From positions 1 through 64,000 of the IMG/VR virus record IMGVR_UViG_3300047443_000090: DNA of 64,000 bases. The stretch is one strand, 5' to 3'. Of this stretch, positions 9,125-18,593 are shown piece after piece (the first letter of the stretch is position 1; every line of letters starts with the position of its first letter). A program made the translations under genes and the position numbers. The DNA comes from a virus. Below the pieces are notes generated by a model. The model was not told the origin of the DNA, searched no databases, and saw only the letters and a program-made list of their open reading frames with translations.

Positions 9125-9997
9125 ATGAACCATTCCTTTGACATAGAACACGCGAAAGAGTACGGCATTCCAGAGGCCGTCATTATCGCCAACTTCCAAT
9201 TCTGGATTGGTCGCAACAAGGCCAATGGCGAGAACGAGCGGGAGGGCCGCACATGGACGTACAACAGCGTCAGGGCGCTCGAAGAACTGTTCCCATACAT
9301 GACGGGGAACGCGATTCGTCGCGCGCTGGAGAGCCTTGTAACGCAGGAGGTGCTGCTGTCGGGCACGTTCAACGCCCGCGCCGCAGACCGCACAAAATGG
9401 TTTGCATTTGCTGACGAAGGTAGGTTCCTGCCGGTATTTCCCCATTTGGCAAAAAACACAAATGGAACTGGCAAAAAGGCACCAATCCATTTGGCAGAAA
9501 ACACAAATGGAATTGGCAAATCTGCCAAATCTCTAATAACGAAAGATATAACCACAGATATAACCACAGATATCTCTCCTACTGAGCTGAGTTCGGATGA
9601 CCTTTTCGAGCTGGCGTGGGCCGCTTACCCGAAGCGACCGGGAGCGAGTAAGAAGGATTCGCTGAAGGGTTGGAATGCTCGCCTGAAGGCTGGTGCTGAT
9701 CCCCGGACGATCATCGAAGGCGTTAGAGGCTATGCGGCCTATGTGGTCGCCAAGGGCACCGAACCGGAGTTCGTAAAGCAGCCCGCCACGTTCTTCGGCC
9801 CCGGCGAGCACTACCTCGCAGACTGGACGCCGCCGCAAGCGCCCGCCGCTGGCGCGCAGCAGCCCGGCAAGAAATTCGACCCTTCCGCATACGTTAATTC
9901 AGGAGCACGCCATGTCGCAAACGCAACGCCACCTCGCACCAGTGAGCAGCATCAGCCCTACACCATCGACGCTCAATTCGTGGAGCGCCCCGCGTGA
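9125..9997 (+). CDS. Phage replication initiator (lambda O-like)
   Basis: N-terminal wHTH (HSFDIEHAKEYG...WTYNS), internal iterons, C-terminal FELAWAAYPKR...PATFFG domain. Confidence 0.8.
   Translation: MNHSFDIEHAKEYGIPEAVIIANFQFWIGRNKANGENEREGRTWTYNSVRALEELFPYMTGNAIRRALESLVTQEVLLSGTFNARAADRTKWFAFADEGRFLPVFPHLAKNTNGTGKKAPIHLAENTNGIGKSAKSLITKDITTDITTDISPTELSSDDLFELAWAAYPKRPGASKKDSLKGWNARLKAGADPRTIIEGVRGYAAYVVAKGTEPEFVKQPATFFGPGEHYLADWTPPQAPAAGAQQPGKKFDPSAYVNSGARHVANATPPRTSEQHQPYTIDAQFVERPA
9442..9572 (+). repeat. Candidate lytic origin iterons inside the initiator gene
   Basis: Two copies of CCATTTGGCARAAAACACAAATGGAAYTGGCAAA 45 bp apart, then an AT-rich 12-bp tandem AGATATAACCAC. Confidence 0.7.
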
Positions 9998-10733
9998 GCT
10001 GAATGACGGCACTGGAAAAATGCTGTCGGCCATCGACAAGCTGTATGCACGGTTCGACGGCATGTACATGCAAAAGTGGAAGTCGAACTTCCCAAGCACT
10101 TCCGCAATCGACAACTGGAATCTGGCTTGGGCTGACGCGCTTTCCCGGCATGGCATCAAGCCAAGCGTAGCGTTTGCGGCTGTGCAGAAGTGCGAGGCCG
10201 CCTTCCCGTGGCCGCCATCGCTGCCCGAGTTCATCGCACTGTGCAGGCCGCCGCTGGACTACGAGCAGGCTTTCCATGACGCAGTGGCCCAGTTGCAAAA
10301 GCGCCATAGCGACGAGCACGACGATTTCTGGCCGCAGCCAGCGATCTACTGGGCCGCCATCGACTACGGCCAGTTCGAGCTGCGCAATGCCAGCTACGGC
10401 CAAGCCGCCGCCCGCTGGAAACGCCTCTTGGACAAACGCTTGGAAGGCGAGTGCCCAGCGGTGCAACCATTCGCGCTCCAGCTCGCCGCCCCGGCCCGCA
10501 ATGCCGAGGGGGCCGCGATAACGTCCGAGGAAGCCAAGGCCGCAGCAATGGCGGCAATGGCGAACCTCGCGGCAAAGCGGCCATCGCGTGATGTGGCGAT
10601 TGACCGGGCGCGCGCTGTAATCGCCCGGCGCGCGGCGGGCGAGCTGGTGACGCCGTTCCAGTTCTCCCATGCAAAGGAAGTGCTGGCCCGGCTGTGTGGT
10701 TCCGATGCGGATAGCCCCGCCAACGATGAATAA
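9912..10733 (+). CDS. Replication protein P-like helicase loader
   Basis: Follows the initiator; FDGMYMQKW and WPPSLPEFIALCRP motifs. Confidence 0.65.
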   Translation: MSQTQRHLAPVSSISPTPSTLNSWSAPRELNDGTGKMLSAIDKLYARFDGMYMQKWKSNFPSTSAIDNWNLAWADALSRHGIKPSVAFAAVQKCEAAFPWPPSLPEFIALCRPPLDYEQAFHDAVAQLQKRHSDEHDDFWPQPAIYWAAIDYGQFELRNASYGQAAARWKRLLDKRLEGECPAVQPFALQLAAPARNAEGAAITSEEAKAAAMAAMANLAAKRPSRDVAIDRARAVIARRAAGELVTPFQFSHAKEVLARLCGSDADSPANDE

Positions 10734-10741
10734 TTAACCGA

Positions 10742-11833
10742 ATGGAATACGCCATGAAACAACAAATTCTCGCCCTGATTAAATCGAACCCGAACATTCG
10801 CACGGTTGAAATCTCCGACAAGCTGGACATCGACAGCGACCGCATCCAGCCCATGATTGCCGCCGAGCTGGGTAGCGGCGCGGTAGTGGTCGAGCCGATC
10901 CGCGCGCCGAACGGCTGCATCGTCCATTCATTCCGCTATGCCAGCGCTGCGCCAGCTACCGGCGTGGCCGCAGCCAGTGCTGGCCCGGTTCCAGCGCGCG
11001 TAGTGCGTGCCATGCCGCCAGCCATGCGCAAGGCCATCGCCCCGGTAGCCGCGCCAGCGCCCGCCGCCCAGCCGGGGCCGATGGCCGCCGCGCTGGAAAT
11101 CGACGTGCCGGTGACGCGCAAGACCGGCGTGCCCCTCATTGCGGTAGCGCCCGACCCGGCCAAAGCGCCGCGCAAGGAAGGCCCGAGCCGCGTAGAGCTG
11201 GCAGTCAAATTCCTGCACGATAGCGGCAAGCCGGTATCTGGCCTCGCCATGCGTGACGCAATGGGGCTGACCAAGGGCCAAAGCCCGGTGAACTTCCTCA
11301 CTGGTGCGGTTCGCGGTAAGCGCGTGGCGTGGGACGCCGAGAAAAAGGAATGGTCGCTGGGCGTGGCCGAGCTGGAGAAGCCGGTTGCTGTCGAGCCGCC
11401 TAAGCCGTTCGTTCTGCCGACATTCGTCCCCGGCCAAGGGATCATTGTCGATGACGCGCGCGCCGAGCTGCCGAAAGCCCAGGTTGCGCCAGCCCCGGCG
11501 TCGGCGCTGCCGATCAGCATGCCAGCGTGGACAATATCCGCCTCCGGGCATGACATGGGCATTGGCATGGCATCGCCGACGCATGGTAGCGTAGCTATTG
11601 GCAATGCCTTCATGGTGAACGCAGGCGAAAGGTTTAGCCATCCGACTGGCCCGCTCACCGTGCGAATCGCGCCGCGCGAGGAAACGTTCGTCGCGGGCCT
11701 GATGTCGAATGGCGATCTGCGGATAGAGCAAAACGGTTTCAACACGGTACTCCCCGAGCGCCACGCCCGCGCGCTGTGGGACTACATGCGCAAGGTCGCC
11801 TACTCCCAGTGGCCTACGGCGGCGGCGTTATGA
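10742..11833 (+). CDS. Hypothetical protein with N-terminal HTH, Ala/Pro-rich
   Basis: 363 aa; ILALIKSNPNIRTVEISDKLDI is HTH-like. Confidence 0.7.
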   Translation: MEYAMKQQILALIKSNPNIRTVEISDKLDIDSDRIQPMIAAELGSGAVVVEPIRAPNGCIVHSFRYASAAPATGVAAASAGPVPARVVRAMPPAMRKAIAPVAAPAPAAQPGPMAAALEIDVPVTRKTGVPLIAVAPDPAKAPRKEGPSRVELAVKFLHDSGKPVSGLAMRDAMGLTKGQSPVNFLTGAVRGKRVAWDAEKKEWSLGVAELEKPVAVEPPKPFVLPTFVPGQGIIVDDARAELPKAQVAPAPASALPISMPAWTISASGHDMGIGMASPTHGSVAIGNAFMVNAGERFSHPTGPLTVRIAPREETFVAGLMSNGDLRIEQNGFNTVLPERHARALWDYMRKVAYSQWPTAAAL

Positions 11834-12075
11834 GCGCTACGCATTGCGAGTGGTGCCTGTCGTTCGATGGCCGAGTGAAGAAGGGGCGCGAGTGCTGCGA
11901 GCTGCGCGAGCTGGCTGGGATGCCCAAGCAGGCCCGGCAGGAAGTCTACAGCAAGGTGCGGCGCGAGGATGGGGCCGACGCACTGGCAGCGCTGACGAGC
12001 GCAGTAGCGGGCGAATACCAGCGTCGGTTAGAGCACCGGGCGGCTTTCGGTTCTTTTGTTCGTCAAAAAATATAG
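11830..12075 (+). CDS. Hypothetical protein
   Basis: ATGA overlap; MSATHCEWC... Confidence 0.6.
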   Translation: MSATHCEWCLSFDGRVKKGRECCELRELAGMPKQARQEVYSKVRREDGADALAALTSAVAGEYQRRLEHRAAFGSFVRQKI

Positions 12076-12086
12076 GAATTCAAATA

Positions 12087-12317
12087 ATGTCGCCAGATAA
12101 TCTTACTTTGCGGGAGCAGTTGCTAATTGACCGCAATAGGCGGCTGGAAGCGACCCTACAAGCCTATGACGGATTGTTGAACACCCGAGCAGCGGACAGA
12201 ATGAGAAAGCGTGTAGCGGAGCTGGAAAGCACGCTGGCGGCGATTTCCGATTCAGGGGTGTGCAAGGGTGAGCTTGGGGATAAAGTGACAATGATTTTGC
12301 GCAACAAATTTCGCTAA
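12087..12317 (+). CDS. Hypothetical coiled-coil protein
   Basis: MSPDNLTLREQ... with AGGA RBS. Confidence 0.5.
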   Translation: MSPDNLTLREQLLIDRNRRLEATLQAYDGLLNTRAADRMRKRVAELESTLAAISDSGVCKGELGDKVTMILRNKFR

Positions 12318-12320
12318 AAA

Positions 12321-12352
12321 TATTGACACTCCTATATATTCCTGTCAGTAAT
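12321..12352 (+). promoter_or_regulatory. Promoter with a CI-type operator over the -35
   Basis: TATTGACACTCCTATA (reverse complement TATAGGAGTGTCAATA, 14/16 identical to the PL operator) contains TTGACA. Confidence 0.6.
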
Positions 12353-12407
12353 AGGGACGTCGGTTAGGAAACTATCGACGCCCCTATTTTTCTTTCTGGA
12401 GTCCCAC

Positions 12408-12722
12408 ATGAGTGTTGTTGCAGCGGCAGTAAAAACCGATATCCCGTTCGTCGCGCTGACCGAGGATCACCTCGCAAACCCTGACTATGCCCCCGGCAAT
12501 CTGCTGGACGCCCTGATCGCGCGCATGCAACTGAAGAACGATGCTGCGCTGGCCCGCGTGCTGCTGCTGCCGCCGCCTGTCATCAGCAAAATCCGCCGCA
12601 AGCAGGTTGGTATCACCCCGGCCATCATGGTTCGCATCCATGACATCACCGGCCTGTCGATCAGCGAAATTCGCGGCCACATGGGCGTGAAGTCGCAATT
12701 CGCACTGTACGTGGCGAAGTAA
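12408..12722 (+). CDS. Small HTH protein of a family common in Oxalobacteraceae
   Basis: LLDALIARMQLKNDAALARVL..PPVISKIR...RIHDITGLSISEIR. Confidence 0.75.
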   Translation: MSVVAAAVKTDIPFVALTEDHLANPDYAPGNLLDALIARMQLKNDAALARVLLLPPPVISKIRRKQVGITPAIMVRIHDITGLSISEIRGHMGVKSQFALYVAK

Positions 12723-12732
12723 GGCGGCCACG

Positions 12733-13188
12733 ATGTACGCAAGGCACAACTCCATAACCCACAAGGTATTGACGGCACTGGTCAACAGCGGCAACCGCCG
12801 CCTGACCGGCGCGGAGATTAGCCAGATCATCAGCGTGCCGCTGGAGCAAGTGAACCAGCGCACGCCGAACATGGCCGCGCGTGGCATCGTCAGCCGTAAC
12901 AAACTCCCCGGCGACCGCTGCGGGTTCTTCCACTACTACCTGACCCCGGAGCAGTACAGCTCTGCGCGCGCACGGTATGAGTTCGGCCCGCCGCCCGACG
13001 AGGCCGTTGTCACGCTTGTAGTGGACACCGTAGACATTCCCCAGCGGCTCGCGCTGCTGAAGCGCATCAACGAGTCGGTATCGGTATTCGCTGGCAATGC
13101 TGTGCTGAAGGCAATGATCGGTGACTACGAGCGCACGCTCGCGCTGCGCAACAAGATTTCCGATAGTAGGGATGACGCATGGCTGTGA
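12733..13188 (+). CDS. Winged-helix hypothetical protein
   Basis: LTGAEISQIISVPLEQVNQR is wHTH-like. Confidence 0.65.
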   Translation: MYARHNSITHKVLTALVNSGNRRLTGAEISQIISVPLEQVNQRTPNMAARGIVSRNKLPGDRCGFFHYYLTPEQYSSARARYEFGPPPDEAVVTLVVDTVDIPQRLALLKRINESVSVFAGNAVLKAMIGDYERTLALRNKISDSRDDAWL

Positions 13189-13607
13189 AGCAAAAGCGCT
13201 GGAGCCATGCCGACCTCGCCGCGCATGTGGCTGGCGGTGCCGCCGCGCCCGGCAAGGCAAAGCAGCCAAAGTACCGTAACCGCAAGGTGGTGGTGGATGG
13301 CGTGACGTTTGACAGCGCCGGGGAGCAGGCCCGCCACGCCGAGCTGTGCCAGCTCCAGCGCGCCGGGGCTATCACCGACCTGAAGATGGGCGTGTACTTC
13401 GAGCTGGCCCCGTCCTGCCACTTGGGCGGCAAGGCTCGCAAGCCCGCGCTGCGCTATAAGGCCGACTTCAGCTACATGGAGGGCGGCGCACTGGTGGTCG
13501 AGGATTTCAAGAGCGCCATCACCCTGAAAAACCCGGTCTACCGGATCAAGAAGCACCTGATGATGACCGTCCACGGCATCGCAATACGGGAGTCGAAGAA
13601 CAAATGA
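13179..13607 (+). CDS. DUF1064 family putative endonuclease/resolvase
   Basis: KYRNRKVVVDGVTFDS..E..R...YKADFSY...VVEDFK. Confidence 0.85.
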   Translation: MAVKQKRWSHADLAAHVAGGAAAPGKAKQPKYRNRKVVVDGVTFDSAGEQARHAELCQLQRAGAITDLKMGVYFELAPSCHLGGKARKPALRYKADFSYMEGGALVVEDFKSAITLKNPVYRIKKHLMMTVHGIAIRESKNK

Positions 13608-13990
13608 GCAGAGCCGCCCCTATCAATGGCTACCGCATGGACTCTGCAAAGTCCGTGGCCGCAATGGATGCAGTCATCGAGGCTATGCGCGAGCTGAAGC
13701 GTGCAACGGCGCGCGAGCTGGCCGAGGCAACCGGCATGAGCCTGCGCACGGTTGAGCGGTACATCGTCCATTTGCGTAACGTCGAGAGCCTGTGCGTCCT
13801 CGTCCCGCACAACCCTAAGCTGGTGGCCGGTGCTATCTACGGGATGGGTGCAGGGCAGCACGGCGGCGCATTTGAAACGGACACCGTTACCCAGCGCATG
13901 GTTGGCGCGAGCGACTGGGAGCGCGGCCAGCATGCGCACCGTAGCGGCCTGCTGGCCGCACTGTTCCCGTTCAACCGCGAGCAGGCGTAG
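13604..13990 (+). CDS. HTH domain protein
   Basis: TARELAEATGMSLRTVERYIVHL. Confidence 0.7.
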   Translation: MSRAAPINGYRMDSAKSVAAMDAVIEAMRELKRATARELAEATGMSLRTVERYIVHLRNVESLCVLVPHNPKLVAGAIYGMGAGQHGGAFETDTVTQRMVGASDWERGQHAHRSGLLAALFPFNREQA

Positions 13991-13994
13991 GCAC

Positions 13995-14456
13995 ATGGAA
14001 ATTCTGCTGATTAAGCACAAAGAGGGCTTTCTGTACCCGAGCGATGAGCACGAGGGAGAAAAGCTCAAGCGTTTCAAGGTGGGCGCAGTCATCCGGTGCG
14101 ATGTCGCGCAGATGCGCAACTACCTCTTTCACCGCAAGTTCTTCGCGCTGCTGAATGTGGGCTTCGATGCGTTCACCCCGGAAATGACGGAATACCAAGG
14201 GTGGGCGGTGCAGAAGGATATTGATTCGTTCCGAGAGGAAGTAATCATCGCGGCAGGCTTCTACGTGGTAACGGCGACGATCAAGGGGACAGTTCGGCTG
14301 CGCCCGAAGTCAATCAAGTTCTCGCGCATGGATCAGGCGACTTTTGAGCGGCTCTATAGCCAAGTCGCAAATGTGTTGTTGGAAAAGGTTTTGCGGCATT
14401 ACGGCAATCGCGCCAATTTGGATAACGTGGTCAATCAAGTTTTGGGGTTTGTATGA
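13995..14456 (+). CDS. DUF1367 family (nin-region) protein
   Basis: RNYLFHRKFFALL...PKSIKFSRMDQATFERLY. Confidence 0.85.
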   Translation: MEILLIKHKEGFLYPSDEHEGEKLKRFKVGAVIRCDVAQMRNYLFHRKFFALLNVGFDAFTPEMTEYQGWAVQKDIDSFREEVIIAAGFYVVTATIKGTVRLRPKSIKFSRMDQATFERLYSQVANVLLEKVLRHYGNRANLDNVVNQVLGFV

Positions 14457-15157
14457 TCGAGCAGGAAATCATCATTGCAGCAGAGGGCGCGGCCAAAGCC
14501 CCGGTAAAACGGTTCGTGCGCAACAACGACGCGCCGCTGGAGCTGGAGGTTATGCGGGAGCGCATTGTTTCCGCGCGCGTGATGAACGGCCTTACCGCCG
14601 TGGAAGCGTCGCACCGCCTTGGGTACAAGAACAGCACGCAACTGAGCCAGATCGAGAGCGGCGAACGCAAGGTGCCGAGCGACTGGCAGTTCATCAAGCG
14701 CATGGCGGCGGCGTACTCGGTGAGCATCGACTACCTGATGGGCCTATCCCCGCACCCTGAGCGCGATGCCGTCGCAGCAGAGTCGTTTGCCATCCTGCGC
14801 GGCTTCGAGCAGCTCCAGCAGGCGCAGGCCGCCGCCATGACTACCGCATTCATCAAGTTCGGCACGGAGCGCGAGGCCGCCCGCATTGACCTGCAAAGCG
14901 CGTGCGCGTCGATGGACACCGTGATTGACGCAATGGCTACAGTTCGCCGCCTGTGCCCCGAGTTCGATGAGGACGTGCGCGGCGGGAACAAGCTGATGCA
15001 GGCCGTGTCGCGCTTGGAGGCGACGGCAATCCCGCTGCGTGACGCACTGAAGCGCCGGGCACTGGTAGAGAAGCACGCCCTGGCAATCGCGCGCGGGAAG
15101 GAGGGGCCGCTGTCCTCCTACGTGGATGACAGCCAATCTAGTTTGGACTTGGAGTAG
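14453..15157 (+). CDS. XRE-family HTH regulator; candidate late-gene activator by position
   Basis: ARVMNGLTAVEASHRLGYKNSTQLSQIESG...YSVSIDYLMGL; lies just upstream of the terminase genes. Confidence 0.75.
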   Translation: MIEQEIIIAAEGAAKAPVKRFVRNNDAPLELEVMRERIVSARVMNGLTAVEASHRLGYKNSTQLSQIESGERKVPSDWQFIKRMAAAYSVSIDYLMGLSPHPERDAVAAESFAILRGFEQLQQAQAAAMTTAFIKFGTEREAARIDLQSACASMDTVIDAMATVRRLCPEFDEDVRGGNKLMQAVSRLEATAIPLRDALKRRALVEKHALAIARGKEGPLSSYVDDSQSSLDLE

Positions 15158-15160
15158 GGC

Positions 15161-15340
15161 ATGGGTGTTGTGGAAGTGGTGGGGATGGTGACTGTCGCGG
15201 TATGCAGCTATGGGCTGCTGGAGCTGGTCGCGCCGGGAGAGAGTGCTTTCAGCAGGAGGGGCGTCGCAGCCTTGGTGCTCATCGCCGGGTTGCAGGCCGG
15301 GGCGGTGCTGATGGAGGGGGCGCACAAATGGCACGCCTGA
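15161..15340 (+). CDS. Small membrane protein (59 aa, two hydrophobic segments)
   Basis: Manual translation MGVVEVVGMVTVAVCSYGLLELV...GVAALVLIAGLQAGAVLM; GGAG RBS. Confidence 0.45.
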   Translation: MGVVEVVGMVTVAVCSYGLLELVAPGESAFSRRGVAALVLIAGLQAGAVLMEGAHKWHA

Positions 15341-16224
15341 GCAAAGAGCAGTGGGCAGAGGCGCGCGCCAAGTGGGAGTCAAGCCCCGATGTGTCGTTTC
15401 AGGACATCGCGCAGCAGTACGGTTGCAGCCGCCCCGCAGTAGGGCAGAAGGCAGAGAAGGATGGATGGACGAGGGGAGGGGAGAACACGCCTGCCCCAGC
15501 TCCAGCCCCGGCCCCGAAGAAGGCCGATACCCCGAAAGTTTCGCCCCCCTCGAAAGTTTCGGCCAAGCCCCCGAAAGTTTCGGGTAGCGGGGAGGGGAAT
15601 GCGCCATCGCAGCCAGAGTCAGAGCCTCCCGCATCCCTCCCGGCACTGTCGCAGCGTGACCGGGAAAGGATGCTTGGTCTGCGCCCTATGGGCCGCCCCA
15701 GTGACTACCGCCCCGAGTTCGTTAGCGAAATGATTTCCTACTTCGATATAGAGGTGGAGCGGGTTATAGAGGTGGACGTGCAGGACAAGGATGGTAAGAC
15801 CCGCACCGAACAGAAGGTAGTCGCCAACACATTCCCGACCCTGACGCGCTTCGCTGCAAAGATAGGCGTCACGCGGCAGACCTTGCACGACTGGGCGACC
15901 GCGAAAGAGAAAGATGGCTCCCCCAAATACCCGGACTTTTCTTACGCATACGCACGAGCAAAGGACTCGCAGGAAAGTTTGCTGGTCGAGGGCGGCATGG
16001 CTGGGGTATATGAAGCGCGGTTCGCCGTGTTCGCCGCGAAGAATCTGGCGGGCTGGAAGGATCAGGTTGAGACAACCGGTGAGGTGGTTCACACAATGGC
16101 TGCGGCTTCGGAGCTGGATGACCTGTACGCCGCTGGTGCCGCCGCGATGGCCGCCAATCGCATCAAGGTGGCCGAGCGCAAGCGCCGCGCTCTCGATGCC
16201 GAGGACGTGGAAGTGAGGGAATAG
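15328..16224 (+). CDS. pacA: Terminase small subunit (PacA-like)
   Basis: N-terminal HTH, GRPSDYRPE, FPTLTRFAAKIGVTRQTLHDW; directly upstream of the large subunit. Confidence 0.75.
   Translation: MARLSKEQWAEARAKWESSPDVSFQDIAQQYGCSRPAVGQKAEKDGWTRGGENTPAPAPAPAPKKADTPKVSPPSKVSAKPPKVSGSGEGNAPSQPESEPPASLPALSQRDRERMLGLRPMGRPSDYRPEFVSEMISYFDIEVERVIEVDVQDKDGKTRTEQKVVANTFPTLTRFAAKIGVTRQTLHDWATAKEKDGSPKYPDFSYAYARAKDSQESLLVEGGMAGVYEARFAVFAAKNLAGWKDQVETTGEVVHTMAAASELDDLYAAGAAAMAANRIKVAERKRRALDAEDVEVRE
15533..15582. repeat. Three palindromic CGAAAGTTTCG 11-mers; candidate pac site
   Basis: Identical copies at 15533, 15551 and 15572 inside the small terminase gene. Confidence 0.6.
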
Positions 16225-16226
16225 CC

Positions 16227-17765
16227 GTGGCCGCAAGAGTTACCCGCACCCTACTGGATGACCCGCGCTACCCTGATTTCGTCAAGCGCTACGCCTTCGA
16301 CCTCCCCCGGTTCGCTATCGAGGTGTGCCGCATCATCCCGACGCATCAGCAATGGGAAATGTTCGAGAGCGTGCAAGACCCCGGCTCGCGCACGTCAATC
16401 GCGTCCGGCCACGGCACCGGCAAGACCGCAGGCTATGGCGTCATCGGCTTTTGGCACTTGCTCTGCTATCACCTGTCCAACACTATCCTATCGGCCCCGA
16501 AGCTGACGACCGTTTCTGACGGTGTGTGGAAAGAGTTTTCCGACTTGGTGGGCAAGATCAAGAGCGGGCCGCACGCATGGATTACCGAGTTTTTCGAGGT
16601 GCAGGCCGAGCGCGTTTTCGTGAAGGGCTTCAAGCTGTCGTGGTGGATCGTCGCCAAGACCGCGCCGCGCGGCTCGCCTGAGAATCTGGCCGGTGCTCAC
16701 CGCGACTGGCTCTTGTTCCTTGTCGATGAGGCGTCCGGCGTCCCTGATGCGAACTTCGGCGTGATTACCGGCGCGCTGACGGACAAGCGCAACCGCATGT
16801 GCATCGCGTCGCAGCCCACGCGCGCATCGGGTTTCTTCTATGACACGCACCACACGCTTTCGATTGGCGAGGGCGGCGCGTGGAACAACCTCGTTTTCAG
16901 CTCCGAAGACTCGCCTATCGTGTCGGTCGAGTTCTGCATGGAGAAGAAGAAGCAGTACACGCCCGAGGAATACGATATCAAGGTGCTGGGCCGGTTCTCC
17001 GAGCAGTCGAGCAAGTACCTGCTGGGGCCGAAGGCGATTCAAGCGTGCGTGGGCTTGAAGGTTATCCGCGATGACGAGGAATTCGGCTGGCTGCTGCCGG
17101 TGGACGTGGGCGGCGGCGGCTACCGCGATAAGAGCGTGGTGCTCGCCCTGAAGGTGACTGGCGAGGGCGAGTTTGGCGATATGGCCCGCCGCGTCCAGCT
17201 CGTGCGCGTGCCGGTTTGCTCCAACAGCCAGGACGTTTCAGACCTCCCCGGCGTCATCATCAACGAGGCCGGACAGCGCAACAACTCGATGGCGCTCGTT
17301 GACGCGGGCGGCATCGGCTTGGGCGTGGTCAAGCAGCTCGAAAAGGCCGACTTCCATCACTTCATCAAGGTCAATTGGGGCTCCCCTAACTTCCGCAAGG
17401 AATACAAGGATCGCTACGTCAACCAGCGCGCGCAGGCGATATGCGGGCTGTCCCGCGCCGTGCAGGAGGGCCGCTTTGGCATTGACGAGGATATAGACCC
17501 GGCCATCGTGAAGCAGATTGTGCGTGAGGGCTCGCGCATCCCGTACCACTGGGACGAGCGCGCGCGCCGCTACATCGCCAAGAAAGAGGATATGAAGAAA
17601 GACGGCATACCATCGCCGGACATTTGGGACTCGTGTTCATTCTCGTTCCTCGAAAGCGCGCACTACAATCTGAGCGGCGAAGAAGCGGCCAACGACAGCG
17701 ATGCGCTGGGCAGCGCACGCAAGCGCCTGCTGGCGTCGCTGGGCATGGATCAGGAGGCCGCATGA
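16227..17765 (+). CDS. pacB: Terminase large subunit (P1 PacB-like)
   Basis: SGHGTGKT Walker A, LVDEASG Walker B, C-terminal nuclease with VDVG..D and SPD..D. Confidence 0.9.
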   Translation: MAARVTRTLLDDPRYPDFVKRYAFDLPRFAIEVCRIIPTHQQWEMFESVQDPGSRTSIASGHGTGKTAGYGVIGFWHLLCYHLSNTILSAPKLTTVSDGVWKEFSDLVGKIKSGPHAWITEFFEVQAERVFVKGFKLSWWIVAKTAPRGSPENLAGAHRDWLLFLVDEASGVPDANFGVITGALTDKRNRMCIASQPTRASGFFYDTHHTLSIGEGGAWNNLVFSSEDSPIVSVEFCMEKKKQYTPEEYDIKVLGRFSEQSSKYLLGPKAIQACVGLKVIRDDEEFGWLLPVDVGGGGYRDKSVVLALKVTGEGEFGDMARRVQLVRVPVCSNSQDVSDLPGVIINEAGQRNNSMALVDAGGIGLGVVKQLEKADFHHFIKVNWGSPNFRKEYKDRYVNQRAQAICGLSRAVQEGRFGIDEDIDPAIVKQIVREGSRIPYHWDERARRYIAKKEDMKKDGIPSPDIWDSCSFSFLESAHYNLSGEEAANDSDALGSARKRLLASLGMDQEAA

Positions 17766-18121
17766 GGGAAGGCATAGGCGAGAGCCATTGCGCTGATCTG
17801 GCGGGCTTTACGGCCTTCTTCCGGCCCGGCTTCCTGCCGTGGCTGGTGCGCAATGAGCCAATCTACCGGCAATTCGAGCGGCAAACGCTGGAGCTGATAA
17901 GCGACGGCTGGCAGCACTTTGCGGCGCGCACCATCGTGGAGGAAATCCGGCACTACACGCGGTTGCGCGAGGCTGGCGCGTGCTCGTTCAAGATCAACGA
18001 CCACATGGCCCCTGATCTGGCGCGCGCGTTCGTGATCCGGCATCCCCAGCACGCCCTGCTATGGGAATACCGGCGCGACGACGCGGCGCAGTTTCTTGCT
18101 GCTGTCAGGCGCGGCGGATAA
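17762..18121 (+). CDS. Phage hypothetical protein
   Basis: ARTIVEEIRH...FKINDH..PDLAR; ATGA overlap. Confidence 0.65.
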   Translation: MREGIGESHCADLAGFTAFFRPGFLPWLVRNEPIYRQFERQTLELISDGWQHFAARTIVEEIRHYTRLREAGACSFKINDHMAPDLARAFVIRHPQHALLWEYRRDDAAQFLAAVRRGG

Positions 18122-18148
18122 AAAAAAGCCCCGGCTTGCGCTGGGGCT
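18121..18148. terminator. Terminator hairpin (T-run on the minus strand)
   Basis: A-run then GCCCCGGC-TTGC-GCTGGGGC. Confidence 0.65.
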
Positions 18149-18282
18149 GAAATTGCTAGGTTTATAAACAAATACAACACGGCAAGTATATCACCTGTCG
18201 CCCGATGGCGTGAGTCGTCCTGTATTTCCCACAGGGCGAGAATTGAGGAAACGCAGCAACATACCTTTCCAGCAGGTACGCA

Positions 18283-18380
18283 ATCGAACACTATCGGACG
18301 TGTCAAGGTGGAAGTGTACGGAAGTATGCCTTTTGACATTTGTACTTAGGTCAGCAATCGTACACCTCATTCGTACACCT
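18283..18380 (+). other. Candidate resolvase (res-like) binding region A
   Basis: Cluster of GTGTACG / CGTACAC half-sites; 16/21 match in inverted orientation to 23994-24014. Confidence 0.45.
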
Positions 18381-18593
18381 ATCGGCATTGCCCGGCTCGA
18401 TTAGCGGGCCTACACGGCACAAGGGCGCGGTTTTGGCACTCTGCCTTGTCCGGCGAAAATAAAGCGCTCTACGGGGCTTTCCGTGAGCCGGGCTTTTCTT
18501 GTTTGCCGCCCCTGATTTCCGGCAGCGCAGCGCCGTTTCGGGGATCGCCGGGCGCGCTCCGCTTGACTTTCCGTGCGTTAACTGCGATATAAT

